DNA of 58,839 nucleotides, filler included, from Porpidia crustulata (taxonomy: Eukaryota): NCBI GenBank assembly GCA_964255105.1. It is 9 parts of 9 records of this genome, joined end to end, with 100 filler letters (N's around TTAATTAATTAA, not from the genome) between each part and the next. Parts side by side here need not be neighbours in the genome. Positions count along the whole stretch, not along the records: positions 52,411 to 58,839 come from CAXUWE010001544.1; 8 more parts are not named here. One strand, written 5' to 3'. The position numbers and the translations under genes were made by a program. This document shows positions 52,311 to 58,839 of this stretch, piece by piece (the first letter of the stretch is position 1; each line of letters begins with the position of its first letter). The notes below the pieces were generated by a model. That model was not told the origin of the DNA. It did no database searches and worked only from the letters and a program-made list of their open reading frames with translations.

Positions 52311-52410
52311 NNNNNNNNNNNNNNNNNNNNNNNNNNNNNNNNNNNNNNNNNNNNTTAATTAATTAANNNNNNNNNNNNNNNNNNNNNNNNNNNNNNNNNN
52401 NNNNNNNNNN
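52311..52410. other. Artificial contig spacer
   Basis: N44-TTAATTAATTAA-N44. Confidence 0.99.
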
Positions 52411-55400
52411 TTTTTGGGTTGATTGGGGGTTGTTGATTGGGTTTTGGAAGTGGGTGGAGGTTTGTGGTTATGAGTAAGGAATGTGGGTTTCTGGAGTTTG
52501 GTTGGTTGAGATGGAAGGTTGATGGTGATTATGTTTTGGTTGTGCTTGGGGTTTTGCTTTCTTCTTATATGTCTGCGAGGTATGGTTGATCTCATCTTGC
52601 ATCAGTGGCATGGAGGTTTGCAACATGTTTGACTAGATATTCGTGTTTGGGGGCAAAGGCGTCATGGAGTTGTTCGAAATTGGACTGGTGGTGATGCATT
52701 TGACCAATAAATCGACAGCGTGGATGCTGAAGCTGTGGAACTCTTCTTGTTGGACCGATGGTGAGGATTCGTAGTCCTGTTGGATTAATAAGCTTAATTT
52801 GGCCCGGTTGAGGCGTGGTGATCCTTTGAGACGAAGCCTTTTGTTTTAGCCTAACCTCGATGTACCTGAGAAATCTCGCTGTCGCTATTATGGACCAAAG
52901 ATTGATGGTGATTACTACATTCGGCGACTAATGACATCGAACATTGACATTGAAAGTTTCGGATACATTCTGAAACGCGGCGAGACGATCTAGGCTCTAG
53001 AGTGGTGGTAGATGTGGCGTGGGCAGACCATCTTACACGGCCTTGGAGATCATAGTGGTGATTTTGTTGGGTTTTGAGTTGTTGTGTTCGAGGTCATTAG
53101 TTCAGGAAATAATATAACCTGCAGTAACTTTTAAAATTATTCCCTAAGTTCAGGTATAATGCTGCTTCGCAAGTCCATCTTGTTCTAGTCTCGTGTAAGT
53201 GCGAATTGCCATTACGACAGAAATGCAAGGAAACCAGGGAGAATGGATGCTGAGACTTTGGACTACACTGGCAATTCCTGTGGAACTCGATTCAAACCAA
53301 TGGTGACTAAAATCGTGAACTGCTATCCAAAATTAAGGCCGGACGTTCTACATCGCACAAGAACCTCCATTTGAAATAGTTTTTGCTCAAAATGCCGAAG
53401 TGAGTATAGCCTGTTGCACATTCTATAGCGGTGGCAAAGCTTCAGCTGCTGTGAAACTCGTTTCACGTCCAAGGCTATCCGGGTAGCCGGAGAACAACAA
53501 CATCGTCGCTCAACACAGCTGTCCCTCAGCCAGCAAGCAAAAAAGAATGCTGCATTGCTAACATAGAGCAGCTCCTAGCGTATAGCCTGTGGATACGGGC
53601 TGTGCGATGATAGTTTTGCTTCGTTACAAGTATGGTGCGATTCTGTGAGAATCCGAGTGGACTGCTGGGCCACAAGTGTGAAACTGTGGACGTAGACTTG
53701 AAGACTTTCGATGGAGGTTGAAAAACTCAGGCCACCAAACCGCATCGGGTCGATTCCTCGGCAACGCTAACTGATATCGCAATATGTCGCTGCGGGACGA
53801 GCCGCGGCTGGGTAAAGCTGACGTACTCTCGCTTCTGCGGTAAAAGCAGCCGAAGACGACGAAGACTAATCTGACCACCCCACGTCCCAAACAGGCTGTG
53901 CCACCTCCTGCTGGCTATTCTAACAGTTTGAAGACGAAAAGCTCCTGGCGAAGATCCGCTGTAAACTGTTCCAACGTTGCCTTCTTTCAAATTGCTGGTT
54001 GTATATAGGACAAAAGGATCCGCTACCGGCTGAGCAAAACACTGGTGGCAATAATGATTCGTAAGTGTGTGTGTCAAGCCCCCAGCACAATTTTCACGAG
54101 GCATTTTTTGCTTTTGAAGGGTTATGCTTGTTTGGGCATGATATATCAGGTGGGCTTTTAAGCTTCTGAGGTCATCTTCAGCCGTTGTCAAAGCCTTCCT
54201 TCTTCGTGGGGTCGTGGTATAACAAGTATCAAGTCTCCTTTGATTCAGAGTCTTTGCTCTCTATCACACTTCTATTGCCATTTCTAACCCTTATCGGTTC
54301 AAGTGTATCGCTGTCAGACGTAGAAATCGTAGAGAACACCGTGAGCTTTCGGTAACAGTCTTTGATGTCAACGTAATTTACAGCAACATGAGATAAAGCC
54401 GCTTCCAAGCCTAAAGTTTTGATAGGCACTTGAGCGGCGTTCAACCGGCGATGAAGACGCAGTAAGAAATGAAATGTTTGTGGATTGAGAGTCATCAATA
54501 TGGGCAAATTCGGATGTTTCGGTCGAAAGAATTCTTCAAATGAGAAAGGGAATATTGGGCCTGAGTTGCGGTCATTCCTGTTGGCGGTAAGATACCAAGA
54601 CTCTGCGAGGACTCAGTGCAGACGATGAAGTTTCCAATGCTGCTATTTACGAGTGCAAGATCTGTAGGTTGCGTGTTGCTCAATAGCGAAATATAAACGA
54701 GGAAAGCTTAGCCTAGACAGCGCAAATCCTGGTACATCTTACCAACTAATCACCTAAAATCGAGGGTATGATACTGTTTAATACATAGAACGACTTTGAT
54801 GAAGATGTAGCTCGAAGGCTGATCATGAAAGCAATTTCCATAAGATCAAAAGAGAAAAATGCATTGGCAAGCCTACTGCTTTACACATCCACCAAGACAA
54901 ATAGGAAGACAAACAACAACCCCAGTATCATTTAGGTCTTGCATCCAAGTCATCCCCATATTCATTCATGAACACATAGTGCCCCTAACATCCATAAGTG
55001 AGGATCTCTTTAACTAATCTCTCTTTTTACATTAATCATAAAGAAGTTCATGTGGAAAAAACTCAACAAGTATAAATGACACATCATATCCAAAGGTATA
55101 GACGCCGTTCATGGACTTCCCTGTTCAAAATCGACTGTAAAGCTTACTCGATAAGGGAGCTTTTTTATGTAGACCTTGTCGATCTATAGACGTATCTAAT
55201 ATACTCAACGTTCTCGAATGTCAAGCTTTTGTGCGATTTTCGAGCAGCTTCAAATAATTACAAGCCCGTTCATTCACCCAAATCCCCAAATCACCGTCAC
55301 TCTTTGCACTTCTTCCATCATCTCACTCCCACCACTTTCAATCCTTACCCCATCTCCCAGCCCACTGTGGGCCCTTTCCATTTATCGAGGAGCTGACCGA

Positions 55401-55979
55401 TAATCTGATTGATTGATTGAGGGTTTGAATAGCAGAGTAGAGAGCGATTCGTAACGGCAGTTGAGGAGCTTGAGAAGAACAAAAGAAAGTTTTGGTAAGG
55501 TGAATGGACATATGAATGGAAAGTCGCGTAGGCGGTGTGAGATTGATTGTGTATTAGAAGGTATTTGACACACATTCTTAGAAGTTCCATAAAATGACGT
55601 TTTACTAATGCTCGCTGAGGTTCTCTGATTGGATTTGATATCTTTATCTAGCCAAGCCCTACCAGGCGTTGAACGTCCAGTATCCTACCACATATCGTTT
55701 CCTATGCACTTTGCATTTTGTAGTCTCGAACTATGCTGATGTCCCTCACAGATTCTTCGATCGATCGCGCTTACTATGCATCTAGTGTAAAGACACATAA
55801 GAGATGGCGTATATTCTGGGTTACTTTGGCCTTCTACGCCCTTGATGAGTTGCTGGGGTACGGGCTGAGAAAGGTTGAGGTATTTATAATGAGATGACTT
55901 TAAAGTCAGTCTCGGTTTTGGGCAATTGCAGAGCATGACAAGCACTGTAACTCCCATAGTATAGCTCTACCTGTAGTAT

Positions 55980-57429
55980 TTTGACCAACCCATTCATACC
56001 TTGTAGCATCATGGTCAGAACCTCCAGGATCTCATCCCTCGAAGTCGAACAACACTCATCGAGGGTATCATTAACGACATCTATTAGACCTGGATGTCGA
56101 CACAGTCTGATAATTCAGTTGGTACTTTCGTCTGCAGTCAAAGGATCAGCAGCATGAGTATTTGTCTGCCGCGCCTTATATATTGTCAATACAGGATCTG
56201 AAATAGGCTCACCCGGACATCGGCATGAATGCTGCCGCACGAGACTATGGAGTATAGCGTCCGGCTTGACACAGTAAAAGGATATAAAGTTTAGATTCCT
56301 GCCATCATGGATCTCGTACAACTGCTGCTCGAGATGTTGATCTAAATTCTTTCAGCAGGGAGCACACTGAACTATCATCTAACACGCGCTTCTGGCTACA
56401 AGGCGTTCCACAAAGCCACATGATTGGCGATGACCTAGACATCCACGGGAGCAGCTGGTCATCACTTCGAGACCGATCACCAGTGCCGACCATGACATCT
56501 TCCTTGCATTGATTGTGATATTGTTCGATTCGATTGATTGGCTTCTGCAGAGCGCTTCAAAACCGGCCACGAGTATTAGCCATGACATCTTTCTTGCATT
56601 GATCGTGATATTGTTTGATTCGACCGATTGGCTTCTGCAGATCGCTTAGAAGAATCCTAAGATGCTGAAAGTGCAAAGTCTCTGCATCAGACGCGGTATT
56701 TAAAGTATTTTTGAAGTTTTGTTGATTTTTGGCATCAATCAATGTATAACTCTTGATTTCCCGATCTTTGTCCTAGAATTCTATCGAGGTTCTGGTGAAC
56801 CCTAGTCCTGAAGTCGATCAAGCTCGTCAAACTTCTTTCTACAACAAAAATTAGTAGAGTTCGAACTAATCAAAGCATAGAATATCACAATTCTACGGAT
56901 CTGGCACAAGCACAATAACATACTTGCAGTGTTACCAATATAGAACCTTTTCGCTTTCGCAAGGAATCTCAGGATTGAAACGTAGAGTGTTGTCATGCGC
57001 TCCTTCAATTGAATGGTCGTAGTGTCTTGCATTGATAGGTCAAGCTTCTCGATCACTCGATACTACGTAATAATATTTGCTATGATCTCCGTACCCTCCA
57101 TAACGGCTGCGTATCGATCCAAATCTTCGACAGAAACCTACTAAAATGTCAAAATAGTCGCCATATTAGACTACAGACATACGAACCTTGAGTAGAAACC
57201 AAATGGTGGTCCAAGGGAGGGCGGCATGAATTGAATCGTACTGGACGGCCACATCGCCCTCTCGGACGAATTTCTCGATCCACTTTGCAATTTCCGCAAA
57301 GATAGATTTCCTGTGTGGATCTAGAAATGCATTGTATCCTACAACTTCACTCAGCAAACTGTTGAATGACATTCCTCCTGGCCCGGATGTTGGCGGTTTC
57401 CTGTAAGCACATACAAACGATATATTCAT
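55980..57429 (-). pseudogene. Decayed NACHT-NTPase (fungal NLR-like) gene
   Basis: N-terminal KWIEKFVREGDVAVQYDSIHAALPW and LYVSILRFLAKAKRFY; degenerate P-loop region IMWLCGTPCSQK; FYC...ILHSLVRQ.SC; Walker B-like DTLDEC. Fragments are spread over several frames with stops. Confidence 0.78.
56490..56647. repeat. Imperfect direct duplication (two 68-bp copies, period 90 bp)
   Basis: 56490-56557 vs 56580-56647, 6 mismatches by eye. Confidence 0.9.
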
Positions 57430-58839
57430 TCAGCTAGTCCCTATATTGAGGTCGCTTACTCGCAGTCTAAACTTTATATATGGCTTTTCTATTGTTATGA
57501 GCCAGAAGTCAGACACCACATATTCAGGATATATTGAACGAACCGCAAGTCGGGAATACTTAAAACCCACACGGACATTGTTTCACACATTGTTTCATGA
57601 TTTTCTGAAGTTCCAAATCAGTATCTTATACACGTACTCAAGCTTCGTGTTACTGATAAACCAACGAGTTTCATGACATTTACACTACATGACAGCGGAC
57701 TTGATATCTTCGTAGATAAATCGAAGTCAGAATAGAACGAAAGTCAATGATCAGATATCGAAAAACATGTTGTAAAATCTGAACAAGTTTAACACGATTC
57801 ATGCATCAATGACTCAGAATTGCTGATCGTATTATGAACATTTGCGATTTCTTTCGAGCGAGCTATTTATCTCAATACCAAAATATCTAAAGCAAGCACC
57901 GACCCCTTTCATATCTTCCCAACCCAAACCACCCGAAACCATACCCCCAGCAAACACCCACACATCCTCCCTAAAAACCAATCTCAACCTCTACAATGGC
58001 ATTTCCCAATCCCTACCAAACCATAAAAACACTCCCGAACACATGGAAATAACCATACCTCCAACGCCAAAAATCCAGCCTCGACCCCCATTCTAGGCAG
58101 ATCGAAAGACATTCGATCGAACCAACCATATCAGCACAACGATGCTGCTACGAATATCAATACATCACATCTAATCAAAACAAAAGGAAAGACTGTAAGC
58201 TCACTCCTCCACCAAAGATAGATAGACACACACAGACCCTACACCGCACAAAAGATATAGAATCAACCGAGGGGGGAAAATACCGGTATATTGATCTAGT
58301 GGCATGAATGTAGAATAGAAAATTACATTGGACAGGCATTTTAGATAACAAGTGGTGAATTCTGGCAATGTTTAGAATATAGCTTTTTGCGCGCGGACGA
58401 TAAAGGATCTGCTTGAAGAAGCAAAAAAGCCGAAAAGGAAGGATTTGAAAATCGGCATGGCTCTTCCCATCCCCTAATCCGCCATCCCCTCTACCCGCCG
58501 AAACCCCCTTGAGGCCGCCACAATCGCCGTGGCAGACATGGAGACGGACCCAGAGATAGATAAAAACCCGGATGCAAGATATAGGACGTAGGATGTTTAT
58601 TGTACACTATCGAAAAAAACTGGAAACCTTCCATCTCGTGTTCTCTGCTCGCTCTGCCCCACTCTACCTCGCTTTGTAGATTCAAACGACGAGCAACAAA
58701 AAGCGCGATATCCTATATCTTCCTGGACCCCCAATTTTCGTGACCGCCGGTGGAGCTGGAGGTAAAAGGAAAGAAAGACAGGTGAAATGAAAGATGGGCG
58801 TGTGTAGCTATGTCAGCAGCGTGGTCTTCCTTGTTCCTC

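Noticed and set aside
6465..52410. Regularly spaced TTAATTAATTAA palindromes as a CRISPR-like or biological repeat
   Set aside because: Each is embedded in fixed N runs; this is a six-frame-stop assembly linker. ORFs ending in X...LIN are artefacts of it.
52411..54700. Short minus-strand ORF fragments suggesting decayed genes
   Set aside because: Interrupted frames with no family I can recognise with confidence.

Overview
This window is not one locus. It is nine unrelated fungal contigs (6464, 6459, 6457, 6456, 6449, 6444, 6443, 6438 and 6429 bp, size-sorted) joined by an artificial 100-bp spacer (N44-TTAATTAATTAA-N44). The DNA is from a filamentous ascomycete (short GT-AG introns with CTRAY branch sites, Pezizomycotina-type proteins); a lichen-forming fungus is possible but cannot be shown from sequence alone. 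Contigs 1-3 and 7 carry mostly housekeeping genes: TFB2, a hot-dog thioesterase, NSR1/nucleolin, ALG6, COX17, PUS1, TFA1, a fasciclin, DSN1/Mis13, PSD2 and coatomer epsilon. Contigs 4-5 carry a DUF7730-like protein, a SET methyltransferase, a P450, an EGF-like membrane protein and a disordered protein. Contig 6 carries the best candidate novel system: a fatty-acid-hydroxylase-type P450 divergent from a type III polyketide synthase, followed by an uncharacterised membrane-associated SAM methyltransferase-like gene. Contigs 8-9 are decayed accessory DNA (DUF3433 pseudogene, MITE-like element, NACHT/NLR pseudogene). Other leads are a motif array in a putative 5'-UTR intron of NSR1 and a BNIP3-like AIM/LIR in an uncharacterised protein. 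All gene models were read by eye and exon boundaries are approximate.
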